Of a DNA stretch of 46,362 nt, positions 15,913 through 25,977 are shown one piece after another. Position 1 is the first letter of the stretch, and each line of letters begins with the position of its first letter. The stretch spans positions 1 to 46,362 of IMG/VR virus record IMGVR_UViG_3300037722_001735, one strand, 5' to 3'. The notes under the pieces were generated by a model. That model was given only the letters and a program-made list of their open reading frames with translations, had not been told where the DNA came from and did no database searches. A program made the translations under genes and the position numbers. This stretch comes from a virus (taxonomy: Duplodnaviria > Caudoviricetes).

Positions 15913-16687
15913 GAATGCACCGGCAGCGGCGCTTGAGCCTTCCATCGCCAAGGGAAAATTCGCGGCACTGATCGGCGTCTCGCCGGGGCGCGTCTCGCAA
16001 TATATTGCGAAGGGGAAAATCCGCGGGCAGGCGCTCGACGGCGAGGGCCGCGCGGCAAAAATCCGGCCCTATACGGCGGCGAAGCAGCTCAAGGTTTCGC
16101 TCGACATCACGCAGCGGATCGCGAACGGGCTCGATACGCGGCTCGACCTGCAGGCGCCGGGACAGCCCGTCACGCCGCCGCCGGTTCCGTCCGCCCCCGC
16201 GCAACCGGATGCCGGCGGTGAACCGGGGCAGGCGCCTTCGCACACGCAGGCAACCGGAACGGGCGCGCAGCCTGCTTCACCGCCGGTGCCACCTGCGCCG
16301 ACCGCGCTCGTCAACGATCTCGACGAGCAGATCAAGCGCGAGCGCCTCGACCAGGTCCGACGCCTGAACCGCAAGGCCGCCGAGGAAGAGGCGGCGCGCG
16401 CCGGCAGCCTGACCGATACGGAAGCCGCCGCGCGGCAAATGGGACGGCTTGCGGCCCAGCTCGTCACCGTGTTCGAGGGCGCGCTGTCCGATTTCGCAAA
16501 CGCGCTCGCGAGCAAGTTCGAGGTGCCGAGCCGCGACGCCCTGCACGTGCTGCGCCTTGAAATGCGTAAGGTGCGCACGTCCGCTGCCACGACGCTCAAG
16601 CGCAACGCCGAAACGTTGCCCGCCACGGTCGAGTACGAGATCGAGGGTGCCGACGAAGAGGGCGAGGAGGCGCTCGCCGGCGACTGA
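15911..16687 (+). CDS. Terminase small subunit
   Basis: N-terminal HTH (FAALIGVSPGRVSQYI), coiled coil, directly upstream of terL. Confidence 0.8.
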   Translation: MNAPAAALEPSIAKGKFAALIGVSPGRVSQYIAKGKIRGQALDGEGRAAKIRPYTAAKQLKVSLDITQRIANGLDTRLDLQAPGQPVTPPPVPSAPAQPDAGGEPGQAPSHTQATGTGAQPASPPVPPAPTALVNDLDEQIKRERLDQVRRLNRKAAEEEAARAGSLTDTEAAARQMGRLAAQLVTVFEGALSDFANALASKFEVPSRDALHVLRLEMRKVRTSAATTLKRNAETLPATVEYEIEGADEEGEEALAGD

Positions 16688-16699
16688 CCGGAGCGGCGC

Positions 16700-18628
16700 A
16701 TGACGATTCAGATCGCCAATGCCGAGCGCCTGGCGATGGAAGCCGGCGCCCGCGCGATCGAACCGCCCGCGCCGGTCGACTATCTGAAATGGGCCGAAGA
16801 CAACATCGTCTTCACCGAACGCGAGAGCCAGTTCGCGGGCTCCTATAACCGCGCGCTGTTTCCCTATCTCGACGAGCCGCTGCGCGCACTTTCGCCCGAC
16901 GACCCGTGCCGCATCGTCACGATCTGCGGCTCCGCCCAGGTCGGCAAGACCGTCGTCGGCAACGTCTTCACGCTCGGCTCCATGGCGATGGACCCCGGCG
17001 ACTTTCTCTACACGCACCCGACCGAGGAGAACGCGCGGCGCTGGTCGAAGATGAAACTCGCGCCGATGCTGCGCAACACGACGGCACTCGCGCCGCTGTT
17101 TCCGCGCAAGTCGCGCGACGGCTCCGATTCGGTGCTCTACAAGGAACGACGCGACGGCCTCGGCGCGATCCTGATCTCGGGCGCAAATTCCCCGGCGTCG
17201 TTGTCGCAGGTGACGATGCGCCGGCAGGCGCAGGACGATCTCTCGAAATGGGAGATGAACCTCGCGGGCGACCCCGAGGCGCAGGCCGATGCCCGCTCGC
17301 GCGGCGTCGTCTTCGCGAAGATTTTGAAATTGTCGACGCCGCTCGTGATGCCGGGCTGCCGCATCACGAAAAGCCTCGAGGCGGGAAGCCAGGAGTATCT
17401 CTACGTCCCGTGCCCGCACTGCAACCACATGCAGGTTCTCGAATTCGAGAACATGCTGGTGCATCTCGACGCCGACAAGCCGGAAGCCGCGCACTTCACC
17501 TGCACCGGCTGCGGCGCGGAGATCCTCGAACATCACCGCGGCCAGATGCTCAAGCGCCACGAGTGGCGCGCGCACAACGAAAAGGCGAAGCGCTATCACC
17601 GATCGTTTTACATGTGGTCGGCCTATTCGTTCCTGCAGACGTGGGAACAGATCGCGCGCGAATGGTTCAAGGCCAAGGGCGACTCGTCCGCCGAGCAGAC
17701 CTTCTGGAACGATACGGTCGGCCGTGCCTATCGCGCGCAGTCGGAGGCGCCGCCCTGGGAGGTGCTGCGCGACCGCGCCGCGCAGTCCGATTACAACAAG
17801 GGCGAGATTCCGCCCGGTGCGCTTGTGCTGTTTCTCGGCATCGACTGCCAGGGAGACCGCGTCGAGTGGCAGATCGTGGGCTTCGGCCGCGACTTCCGCC
17901 GCTGCCCGGTCGACTATGGCGTGATCCCGGGGCACATCACGGACAAGACCTGTCAGGAACGGCTGTCGGCGCTGCTCTCGCAGACCTGGCCGAACAGGTT
18001 TGGGCGCAGGATCGGCATCGAGCTCGCCGCGATCGACGGCAATGCCTACACGGAAGATGTCTGGGACTGGGCGCGCAAGCACCCGAAGTCGAAGCTGATC
18101 ATGGTGCGCGGCGCCAGCACCGACAGCGCGCCGCGCATCGCCCGCGTCAAGCGCGAGAGGAACGAGAAGACCGGCAAGATCCTGCGCTACGCGAGCCGCT
18201 TCTACACGTTCAACACGTCGATCCTGAAAATGTCGCTCTATCGCGATCTCGCGAAGGACGATCCGCTCGCGCGCGGCTACGTCGCGCTGCCCAAGGGACT
18301 TGAGGACGAATACTTCCGCCAGCTCACGGCGGAGCGTCGGAAGGCGCACAAGCGCTGGGGCTTCACCGTCTACCGCTGGGAAAAGGACCCCGGCCAGGCG
18401 AACGAAGCGCTCGATACGTTCCTGCAGGCGGAAGCGGCTTCGACCAAGTTCGGCCTGCGCGGCCTGCCCGACGCGATCTGGGACCGCTACGAGAAGGAAC
18501 GCGAGACGCCGGCCGATCCCGCGCAGGGCGACCTCGAGGAACTGATCGCGCGCGCTCCGGCGGCCAAGGCCGAGACGCCGAAGGCGGCGGGCAAAGGGCT
18601 CGACGCGCTGAAAGGTCTTAATCAGTAA
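16700..18628 (+). CDS. Terminase large subunit (lambda gpA family)
   Basis: SAQVGKT Walker A, STP, YVPCPHC, GIDCQ, NEALD. Confidence 0.95.
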   Translation: MTIQIANAERLAMEAGARAIEPPAPVDYLKWAEDNIVFTERESQFAGSYNRALFPYLDEPLRALSPDDPCRIVTICGSAQVGKTVVGNVFTLGSMAMDPGDFLYTHPTEENARRWSKMKLAPMLRNTTALAPLFPRKSRDGSDSVLYKERRDGLGAILISGANSPASLSQVTMRRQAQDDLSKWEMNLAGDPEAQADARSRGVVFAKILKLSTPLVMPGCRITKSLEAGSQEYLYVPCPHCNHMQVLEFENMLVHLDADKPEAAHFTCTGCGAEILEHHRGQMLKRHEWRAHNEKAKRYHRSFYMWSAYSFLQTWEQIAREWFKAKGDSSAEQTFWNDTVGRAYRAQSEAPPWEVLRDRAAQSDYNKGEIPPGALVLFLGIDCQGDRVEWQIVGFGRDFRRCPVDYGVIPGHITDKTCQERLSALLSQTWPNRFGRRIGIELAAIDGNAYTEDVWDWARKHPKSKLIMVRGASTDSAPRIARVKRERNEKTGKILRYASRFYTFNTSILKMSLYRDLAKDDPLARGYVALPKGLEDEYFRQLTAERRKAHKRWGFTVYRWEKDPGQANEALDTFLQAEAASTKFGLRGLPDAIWDRYEKERETPADPAQGDLEELIARAPAAKAETPKAAGKGLDALKGLNQ

Positions 18629-18681
18629 CTCGCCGCTTCGCGGCTCGTGTTCGCGAATGCGCTAACGCGCACGCGCGAACG
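18629..18681 (+). ncRNA. Two-hairpin structured element, copy B
   Basis: CTC-GCCGC/ttc/GCGGC-TCGT-GTTCGCG-AA-TGCGC/taac/GCGCA-CG-CGCGAAC, directly after the terL stop. Confidence 0.55.
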
Positions 18682-18703
18682 GATTTCAGATTCCGGAGAC
18701 GCC

Positions 18704-18946
18704 ATGGCTCTCACCGTCGTGCAGATCGACGAAAAGATCACCGCGCTGGAAAGCGCGAAGACGTCGCGGCTGACGGGCGAGCAGCGCAAGCGCGTCGGCT
18801 ATGAACGCGGCCAGGTCGAGTTCGCCGACGTGACGATCGAGGAGATCAATCTCGAATTGTTGCGTCTCAGGGCCGAGCGCCAGCGGCTCACGGGCGAATA
18901 TGCCGGCGTCGGTCCGATCCGCGTCGGCTTCGGGAGCAGGCCATGA
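18704..18946 (+). CDS. gpW-like head completion protein
   Basis: GGAG RBS and ATG 18704; small, between terL and portal. Confidence 0.75.
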   Translation: MALTVVQIDEKITALESAKTSRLTGEQRKRVGYERGQVEFADVTIEEINLELLRLRAERQRLTGEYAGVGPIRVGFGSRP

Positions 18947-19137
18947 TGCGAAAGGGCCCGTCCGACCGCATGGCCATGTTGCAGCGGGTGAACAATCTCG
19001 TTGCGCGTCCGGGCTTTGCCCGCACGGCCATGGTGCGCGTCGCGGAACTGACGCGTGGTGCCGCGTCCGCTCGCCTGCCGCGCAATGTGCAGGACACTCC
19101 GCGCCCGCCGCGCGGCGAAACGAAAAAGGTTCGGTGA
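18943..19137 (+). CDS. Small basic hypothetical protein
   Basis: 64 aa, coupled on both sides. Confidence 0.35.
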   Translation: MMRKGPSDRMAMLQRVNNLVARPGFARTAMVRVAELTRGAASARLPRNVQDTPRPPRGETKKVR

Positions 19138-20756
19138 TGGTGAAAACCCTCGACCAGTACCGACCGAAACAGGCGAATGCGGCGGCGCCCTATACGGCGG
19201 CTGGCTATGGCGGCCGTTCCGCTCATATGAGCGCCGACATGGCCGCGCAGGCGATGGCCGGCTGGAATCCGCCGTTGCGCTCGGCGGACGCCGAATGGTT
19301 GCACGAACGCGATCTTTCGATCGCGCGTATCCGCGATCTCACGCGCAACGAAAGCTGGGTGCAGGCCGGCGTCGACCGCATGGTCGATATGTCCGTCGGC
19401 GCATCGTTTCGTTTGTCGGCCAAGCCGGACGCGAGGACGCTCGGGATCACCCAGGACCAGGCCGATGCGCTGGCGAGCAGCATCGAGGTCGCATGGCGCG
19501 CCTTTGCCAATGATCCGACCTTCCGCTGCGACGCCGCGCGGCAGTTGCCGTTTCCGGGGGTGATGGGCCTCGCGGCGAGGGAATATGTGCAGGCCGGCGA
19601 GGCCCTCGCGGTGCTGCGATGGATGCCGCGGGAGAATTGGCCGTTCGCGACGGCCGTGCAACTGATCGATGCCGACCGGCTCTCCAATCCGTTCGGGCGC
19701 ATCGACGACGATACGATCAGGCGCGGTGTGGAGATCGATGAGAACGGCGCACCCCACGCTTACCACATCCGCCGCGGACATCCCGGCGATGTTGGCTTTC
19801 GTGCGCTCGCTTTGACATGGGACCGCATTCCGCGCTTCGACGACGTGCGCGGCTGGGAACGCCCGAAGGTGCTGCATGCCTTCGAGCATCGCCGGCCCGG
19901 CCAGCACCGCGGCGTGTCGCGCCTCGTGGCGGCGCTCCTCAATATGCGCATGCTCAAGCGCTATTCCTCGCACGAGCTCGCAGCCGCGGCGGCGAATGCG
20001 ACAGTCGTCGGCGCGATCTATACCCAGCTCGGGAGCGAATATGCCGCCGAGGCGATCGGTTCGGACGAGATTGCGTCCGAAAAGCTCGACACGCTGTCGC
20101 TGGAGCGCGCGGGTTATTACCGCGAGCGGCGCGTGCTGGAAGACGCGCGCTTCATCGCATTGCATCCGACAGACCGCATGGAGTGGAACAACCAGCCGCG
20201 CTCGACGGCGGGACTGAAGCAGTTCCAGACCGCGTTTCTGCAGAACTTCGCGTCCGGCCTGGGCATCTCCTATGAGCAGCTGTCGATGGATTGGAGCGGC
20301 GTCAACTATTCGTCCGCCCGCGCGGCATTGAACGAAGTGTGGCGCTCCATCACGCGGCTGCGCGCCCAATTGATCTGGGGCATCGCGCAGCCGGTCTATA
20401 CCGCCTGGCTCGAAGATGCGCTCGACACCGGAACGATCGAAATTCCGTCAGGGGCTCCCGATTTCTACGACGCGCCCGCGGGATGGGTGCAGGCCGACTG
20501 GATAGGCCCGCCGCGCGGCTACGTCGATCCGGTCAAGGAAGCGCAGGCCGCCGTCCTCCGGCGCAACGCGATGGTATCGACGCTCGAGCGCGAGGCGGCC
20601 GAGCAGGGGCTCGATCTCGACCAGCTTCTCTCGCAACTGCGCCGCGAAAAGCAATTGCTCGAAGAGTACGGGCTCGGTGCCCCCGCCACGGATCTCGCCG
20701 TGCAGAGCCGCAGCGACATGGAAGAGACCCGCCCGGCCGCGCCGGCGGAAACTTAG
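19137..20756 (+). CDS. Portal protein, lambda family
   Basis: RIRDLTRN, IDADRL, RPGQHRGVS, GISYEQLSMDWSGVNYSSARA, YVDPVKE. Confidence 0.95.
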   Translation: MVKTLDQYRPKQANAAAPYTAAGYGGRSAHMSADMAAQAMAGWNPPLRSADAEWLHERDLSIARIRDLTRNESWVQAGVDRMVDMSVGASFRLSAKPDARTLGITQDQADALASSIEVAWRAFANDPTFRCDAARQLPFPGVMGLAAREYVQAGEALAVLRWMPRENWPFATAVQLIDADRLSNPFGRIDDDTIRRGVEIDENGAPHAYHIRRGHPGDVGFRALALTWDRIPRFDDVRGWERPKVLHAFEHRRPGQHRGVSRLVAALLNMRMLKRYSSHELAAAAANATVVGAIYTQLGSEYAAEAIGSDEIASEKLDTLSLERAGYYRERRVLEDARFIALHPTDRMEWNNQPRSTAGLKQFQTAFLQNFASGLGISYEQLSMDWSGVNYSSARAALNEVWRSITRLRAQLIWGIAQPVYTAWLEDALDTGTIEIPSGAPDFYDAPAGWVQADWIGPPRGYVDPVKEAQAAVLRRNAMVSTLEREAAEQGLDLDQLLSQLRREKQLLEEYGLGAPATDLAVQSRSDMEETRPAAPAET

Positions 20757-20767
20757 GATCCTGCGCC

Positions 20768-22303
20768 ATGACCGATCTCGATCTCGCGCTCCGCCGCCGC
20801 GGTGCGCTCGTGCTGATGCAGCGTGCGAGCGTCGAGGCCCTGCTCGTGCGCATGTCGGAGCGCCCGCAAGGCGGCGGCGTGTTCGCTCGCGCGCTCGGCG
20901 CGATCGGTCTCGCGCGGCTTCGCGCGGAAGAATCCGAAGACGAGGCGCGCGACGCCCGCGCGGTGCGCGCGCCGATGCTCCCCTGGGCGGAGCAGCAGGA
21001 GCAGTGCGAAGGCTACACGCTCGCGGGACCGATCGCGGTCGTGGATGTGAAGGGCGTGCTCACCCCCGAGGGCTATTACGACTGGTACGAGGAGCGGTTC
21101 GTCGGCGGCTATGAGGGAATCGCCGCGGCGATCCGCAAGGCGCGCGCCGACCCGCGCGCCAAGGGAATCCTCTTGCGCATCGATAGTCCCGGCGGCTTCG
21201 TCGATGGCTGTTTCGAACTCTGCGACGAGATCCGCGCGGGCTCCGCCCGGAACGGCGGCAAGCCGGTCTGGGCCGCGGCGCGCATGGCCTATTCGGCGGC
21301 CTATGCGATCGCGTCCGCGTGCGACCGCGTCGTGTCGCCGCCTGCCGCGGGCGTCGGATCGATCGGCGTCATTATTCTGCATATGGACATGAGCGAGGCG
21401 CTCAAGGACTTCGGCGTCAAGATCGAGGCGATCGAGAGCGGCGCGCACAAGTCCGACGGCGCCTGGTTCAAGCCGCTCTCCGACGACGCGCGCACGGACA
21501 TGCAGTCCGAAGTGGACGAGATCGCCAAGCTATTCGTGGCGGCGGTCGTCGCCGGCCGCGGCATCACCGCCGAGGCGGTTCGCGCCCAGGAGGCGCGCTG
21601 CTATCTCGCTCGCCATTCCGACGAGACGCGGTCGGGGCTCGCGCTCCGGCTCGTTGACGAGATCGCCGCCGAAGCGAAGGCGGCGGAGACCTTTACCGAG
21701 TTCCTGCGTAACCCCCAGCCGGCGCAGCCGGCGATCACTCAAACGGAGGCCGACATGGCAGCCAAAGAACGGAAGGCAAAGATCGCCGCGATCCTCGCCG
21801 GCGACGAAGACGACGAGAAAAAGACCGCCAAGCTCGCCGCGCTCATGGAAGAGCAGGATGAGGAAAAGTCCGAAGACGAAGAAAAGGACGAGTCCAAAAA
21901 GTCCGGCGAGGAAGACGAGGACAAGGACGCCAAGGCCGAAGACGACGAAGAGGAAGAAGACGATAAGGCCGAGGGCGACGAGGACGAGAAGGAGGCCAAG
22001 GGCAAGAAGGGCGCGAAGTCGGCGCGCACCGACCCCTTCGCCGTGCTCGACCTGCCCGAAGCCAAGGGTCGCGAGGGCCTCGCGACCGAACTCGCGCGCA
22101 AGGTCGGCGCCGGCAAGCTCACCGTCGCCGAGGCCAAGTCGATGCTCGCCAAGTCGCCGAAGGCCTCGCGCCTCGGCGAAGCGATGGCGGGCCGCGACAA
22201 GAATCCCGGCGCCGATGCGCCCAAGGGCGGCAGCGGCAAGGGACTCGCCGCCGCCGTGGACAGGCTGGTCGCCGGACAGTCCGGCCAGAAGAAGACGGGT
22301 TGA
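20768..22303 (+). CDS. S49 prohead protease (gpC-like) with scaffold C-terminus
   Basis: IDSPGG, AYSAAYAIAS, GSIGV. Confidence 0.9.
   Translation: MTDLDLALRRRGALVLMQRASVEALLVRMSERPQGGGVFARALGAIGLARLRAEESEDEARDARAVRAPMLPWAEQQEQCEGYTLAGPIAVVDVKGVLTPEGYYDWYEERFVGGYEGIAAAIRKARADPRAKGILLRIDSPGGFVDGCFELCDEIRAGSARNGGKPVWAAARMAYSAAYAIASACDRVVSPPAAGVGSIGVIILHMDMSEALKDFGVKIEAIESGAHKSDGAWFKPLSDDARTDMQSEVDEIAKLFVAAVVAGRGITAEAVRAQEARCYLARHSDETRSGLALRLVDEIAAEAKAAETFTEFLRNPQPAQPAITQTEADMAAKERKAKIAAILAGDEDDEKKTAKLAALMEEQDEEKSEDEEKDESKKSGEEDEDKDAKAEDDEEEEDDKAEGDEDEKEAKGKKGAKSARTDPFAVLDLPEAKGREGLATELARKVGAGKLTVAEAKSMLAKSPKASRLGEAMAGRDKNPGADAPKGGSGKGLAAAVDRLVAGQSGQKKTG
21755..22303 (+). CDS. Nested in-frame scaffolding protein (Nu3-like)
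   Basis: Internal GGAGG RBS and in-frame ATG 21755 preceding a highly charged D/E/K region. Confidence 0.6.
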   Translation: MAAKERKAKIAAILAGDEDDEKKTAKLAALMEEQDEEKSEDEEKDESKKSGEEDEDKDAKAEDDEEEEDDKAEGDEDEKEAKGKKGAKSARTDPFAVLDLPEAKGREGLATELARKVGAGKLTVAEAKSMLAKSPKASRLGEAMAGRDKNPGADAPKGGSGKGLAAAVDRLVAGQSGQKKTG

Positions 22304-22428
22304 ACGGCGTAGGGGCGCGCTCCGGCGCGCCCCGTCCTTCCAGACGGGCGCCGCGTGCGCGGGGCCAAATCCTGAATCGCTGACAACGGTCCCGGTGCCA
22401 GACGCGCCGGCGACGAACGGAGAGAACC

Positions 22429-22827
22429 ATGCAATCCTTTACGGTCAATGCGCCGCGCACCATCACGGACGTGCTGCGCTATGAAGTGCATCCCAATTAC
22501 ACCCGCGAGCAGGAATCCTTCGCGGGTCATGGCGGCTCGGAAGAAAACGAGGCGCACGACATCGGCACGGTCCTCGGCAAGATCACCGAGGGCGGCGCCG
22601 TCGTCCCGCTCAATACCGCCGCGAACGACGGCAGCCAGACCGCCTATGGCGTTCTGCTGCAGAAGGTCGTGACCGCGGCCGATGCCGTGCCGTGCCTCGT
22701 GCTCGAACGCGGCCCCGCCGAGGTCGTGTTGTCCGGTCTGATCTGGCCGGATGCCATTTCCGACAACAACAAGGCGACGGCCCTCACGTCGCTGCTCGCG
22801 AAGGGCATCAAGGCGCGCGCCGACTGA
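22429..22827 (+). CDS. Head decoration protein (gpD-like)
   Basis: GTVLGKIT, DGSQTAYGVL, LIWP; directly before the capsid gene. Confidence 0.85.
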   Translation: MQSFTVNAPRTITDVLRYEVHPNYTREQESFAGHGGSEENEAHDIGTVLGKITEGGAVVPLNTAANDGSQTAYGVLLQKVVTAADAVPCLVLERGPAEVVLSGLIWPDAISDNNKATALTSLLAKGIKARAD

Positions 22828-22835
22828 TAGGCGCG

Positions 22836-22890
22836 CTCGCGGCGTTCCGCCGCTCGCGTGCGCGAATGGTCTGAATGCCACGCGCGCACG
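22836..22890 (+). ncRNA. Two-hairpin structured element, copy C
   Basis: CTC-GCGGCG/ttc/CGCCGC-TCGC-GTGCGCG-AA-TGG/loop/CCA-CG-CGCGCAC. Confidence 0.55.
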
Positions 22891-23006
22891 GAATTCCGAC
22901 GCCGGCACTACGCCGGCCCCAACTCCAGCATCAACCCCGCGCGCCGCCGAAGACGCGGCGCGCAGCGCCCGGCGAGGGGCCGGCGCGCCATCGAGAGGAT
23001 AATTCC

Positions 23007-24071
23007 ATGGACCCCGAGAACTTCAATTTTCCCTACACGTCGACGGACCTCACCGAGCAGGTGAACCGCATCCCGAACAGCTTCGGCCTGCTGCAGGCCA
23101 TGGGGCTGTTTTCGTCCGAAGGTATCGCTTCGACGGTCGTCGAGGTGCGCATGGAGGACGGTATCCTGCGCGTGCTCCCGGCCAAGGAGCGCGGCGCGCC
23201 GGCGGCGGAAGGCGGCCGCGAACCCGGCAAGACGCTGTTCTTCAAGGTGCCGCACTTCCCGCATAAGGACACGATCCTGCCGCAGGACATCCAGAACATG
23301 CTGGTCCTGGTTGCCCGCTCGAAGCAGCCGGAAACCGTCGACAATCTGATGGCGAAGCGGCTCAACACGCTGCGCAACAACCATGCGATCACGCGCGAAT
23401 ATCTGCGCATGGGCGCGCTCAAGGGCCTGATCAAGGACGGCGACGGCACCACGGTCTACAACCTCTTTACCGAATTCAATATCGTGAAGAAGGAAGTGGA
23501 CTTCCTGCTCGGCACCGCCGGCACCAAAGTCATCGACAAATGCGAAGAGGTCTACGACCACGTGCTGAAGAACCTCAAGGGCGAGGTGTCCTCGGGCGTG
23601 GCCGTGATCGTGTCCTCGGGCTTCTTCAGCGCTCTGGTCCAGCACGCCAATGTCAAGGTGCACTGGCAGAACTTCCAGATCAGCAACGGGCCGGGCGCAT
23701 GGTCTGTCGCCAACATGAATCGCGACACCCGCGGTGGCAACTGGGGCCGGACGTTCGAGTTCGGGAACCTGCGCTTCCTCGAATACAAGGGTACGTTTCC
23801 GGTCAAGGCAAACGCGCAGTCTGCACTCGCCAGTGTCGATGCCGTCGCCGCCGGCTACGGCCATGCCTTCCCACTCGGCACGATGAACACCTTCAACACC
23901 TTCGATGCGCCGGCCGACACGATGGACGCGGCGAACAAGCCCGGCAACGAGGTCTTCATCTCGCCCAAGGAGCTCGACCACAACAAGGGCGTGGAACTCT
24001 GGACCGAGTCGAACCCGCTCGCGATCTGCAAGCGGCCTGAAGTGCTCGTCGAAGTCCGGACGTCCAACTAA
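23007..24071 (+). CDS. Major capsid protein (lambda gpE family)
   Basis: GAGG RBS and ATG 23007; PHFPHKDTI, TREYLRMGALKG, ESNPLAICKRP. Confidence 0.92.
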   Translation: MDPENFNFPYTSTDLTEQVNRIPNSFGLLQAMGLFSSEGIASTVVEVRMEDGILRVLPAKERGAPAAEGGREPGKTLFFKVPHFPHKDTILPQDIQNMLVLVARSKQPETVDNLMAKRLNTLRNNHAITREYLRMGALKGLIKDGDGTTVYNLFTEFNIVKKEVDFLLGTAGTKVIDKCEEVYDHVLKNLKGEVSSGVAVIVSSGFFSALVQHANVKVHWQNFQISNGPGAWSVANMNRDTRGGNWGRTFEFGNLRFLEYKGTFPVKANAQSALASVDAVAAGYGHAFPLGTMNTFNTFDAPADTMDAANKPGNEVFISPKELDHNKGVELWTESNPLAICKRPEVLVEVRTSN

Positions 24072-24092
24072 GCGACCCACCAACAAACAAAG

Positions 24093-24126
24093 AGCCCGCG
24101 CGGTGCGAGCCGCGCGGGTTTACTTT
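24093..24126 (+). terminator. Rho-independent terminator after the capsid gene
   Basis: GCCCGCGCGG...CCGCGCGGGT stem followed by TTACTTT. Confidence 0.65.
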
Positions 24127-24152
24127 CGCCTGAAGCTGCGAGGCCGACCGTC

Positions 24153-24476
24153 ATGCGCCTGATCGACGGCCTTCCCGGCATCTTCAAGGAAACCTTCGGC
24201 GAGGAGACGGTCTACACCCCGAAGGGCGGGGCGCCGAAAACGATCACGGCGATCTGGATCGAGCGCGGCGTCGAAGTCGCCGGCCTGCCCGTGCCGTCCG
24301 ACGGACGCGAGGCCGAATTGCACGTCGACATCGCCGACGTGGCGAGCCCGAAGGAAGGCGACGTCGCCGAGCGCGTCAAGGACGGCAAGACCATGCGCGT
24401 CGTGCCGCCGATCCTGCCCGACGACCAGGGCATGACCGCCTGCACGCTTGAGGACATCGGCGAGGAAGGTTCGTGA
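24153..24476 (+). CDS. Head-tail joining protein (gpFII-like)
   Basis: FGEETVYTP pattern, size and position. Confidence 0.7.
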   Translation: MRLIDGLPGIFKETFGEETVYTPKGGAPKTITAIWIERGVEVAGLPVPSDGREAELHVDIADVASPKEGDVAERVKDGKTMRVVPPILPDDQGMTACTLEDIGEEGS

Positions 24477-25393
24477 TGAAAATCCGGTGCCTCGACGACA
24501 CCCATGTGCGCGTGCGCTGGGGCCGCGCCATCCAGGCGGCGGCGTCGGCGCGCGGCTGGGATGCGCGTCTGTTCACACGCGCCGAGGAAGTCGACGGCGG
24601 TTACGCGTTCCTGCGGATCGAGCAGCAACCCCCGCGGCTACAGGAGCACAAGGCGGTCGCGGATGCGCTGCTTGCGTGCGGCGGCGTGCGCGTGATTCCG
24701 GGCGCGCGGCAGATACGGTGGTACGAGGACAAGTGTGCGCAGGCGGCGGACCTCGGTGCCTACATGCCGCTGACCCGGCTCTGCTACGGCATGGAAGATG
24801 TAGAGTCCGCGATCGCCGCGCTCGGTTTTCCGCTTGTCAGCAAGTCGAGCGAGGGATCGAGCTGCGCGAACGTGCGCCTGGTGAAGGATCGCGCGGAAGC
24901 GCTGGCGGAAGCGCGCGCCGCTTTCGGCGGGGAGGGAATCCCCATGCGGCTCGGCGGGCGCGCGCACCGGCAGGCGGGTTATCTGCTCTGGCAGCAGTTC
25001 CTCGCGGGCAACGATTATATGTACCGCGTCGGCGTCTGCGGCCGTTTCAAATGGATGTTCCGCGAGGGCAACCGGCCGGGACTTCCCTTCGCGTCGGGCT
25101 CCGGCCTTTACACGCCGGTCGAGCGGCTTGCGGGCGAAACGGCGGCGCTGTTCGAGGCGGCCGGGCGCTACTGCCTTGAGACGGGCGAGACCTGGGCGGG
25201 GCTCGATTTTGCCCGCGACCCGGCGACCGGCGAATGGAAACTGCTGGAGACGACGCTCGCCTGGGGCATGGCGCACCCCGGAAGCACGCTCGGTTGCGTC
25301 CTGTTCGACGCGCAGGGAAATCCGACGGCACGCCGCGGCGACCGGTTGTGGGATGCGTTGCTCGACGAGATCGAAGCAGGAGTGTTCGGATGA
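24476..25393 (+). CDS. ATP-grasp ligase (RimK-like)
   Basis: YEDK, GFPLVSKSSEGSS..NVRLV, WQQFL, RV, ASGSG, GLDF, KLLET. Confidence 0.75.
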   Translation: MKIRCLDDTHVRVRWGRAIQAAASARGWDARLFTRAEEVDGGYAFLRIEQQPPRLQEHKAVADALLACGGVRVIPGARQIRWYEDKCAQAADLGAYMPLTRLCYGMEDVESAIAALGFPLVSKSSEGSSCANVRLVKDRAEALAEARAAFGGEGIPMRLGGRAHRQAGYLLWQQFLAGNDYMYRVGVCGRFKWMFREGNRPGLPFASGSGLYTPVERLAGETAALFEAAGRYCLETGETWAGLDFARDPATGEWKLLETTLAWGMAHPGSTLGCVLFDAQGNPTARRGDRLWDALLDEIEAGVFG

Positions 25394-25977
25394 CCTTGCC
25401 CGAAGACGGCAACCGCTATGCGCAAATCGACCGCTTCCGCGGGCTGCGCTCCGTGCAGCGTTTCGAGATGCTCGCCTTTCTCGTCTGGCGCAACGGCTGG
25501 AAGACCGGCGCGGAGCTTGGCGTGCATCTCGGCACGACCTCCGAATACCTGCTGAAGCATTTTCCCGATCTCTCGCTGGTCGGCGTCGACTTCTTCGGCT
25601 ATCCGCCGCACGAGGTCTTCGGTCCGGCGCGTCCGAGCGCGGTGCACGAAGAGAAGCGCGCGAAGGTCGAGGCGATATACGCGCAATACGGCACGCGCGC
25701 GCGGCTGATCGCCAAGCCGACACATGAGGCGGCGGCGGAAGTCGCGGCGGGTTCGCTCGACTTCATCTTCGTCGATGCCGATCACCGCTACGAGTCGGTC
25801 AAGGACGACATCGCTCGCTGGATGCCGAAGCTGAAACCTTCGGGCTGGATGATCGGCCACGACTATCTTGAGCATTTCGACGGTGTGTTCCGCGCCGTCA
25901 ACGAGGCGTTCGGCGGCAGGCATTTCGCGCTGCCGAAGACATTGTGGGCCGTGCGCCGGGACATGAGCGGGTGCTGA
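25390..25977 (+). CDS. Class I SAM methyltransferase (Methyltransf_24-like)
   Basis: GAELGVHLG, VGVD, LDFIFVDADHRYESVKDDI, GWMIGHDY. Confidence 0.85.
   Translation: MTLPEDGNRYAQIDRFRGLRSVQRFEMLAFLVWRNGWKTGAELGVHLGTTSEYLLKHFPDLSLVGVDFFGYPPHEVFGPARPSAVHEEKRAKVEAIYAQYGTRARLIAKPTHEAAAEVAAGSLDFIFVDADHRYESVKDDIARWMPKLKPSGWMIGHDYLEHFDGVFRAVNEAFGGRHFALPKTLWAVRRDMSGC

Noticed and set aside
21790-22010. GAA/GAC/GAG-rich stretch as a tandem repeat or array
   Set aside because: Encodes the acidic low-complexity scaffold region; no regular unit
22312-22333. GC hairpins at 22312-22333, 4508-4529 and 13246-13309 as further copies of the two-hairpin element
   Set aside because: They lack the CTC/TCGY linkers and the GCG-AA...CGC internal-loop stem; hairpins are common at this GC content
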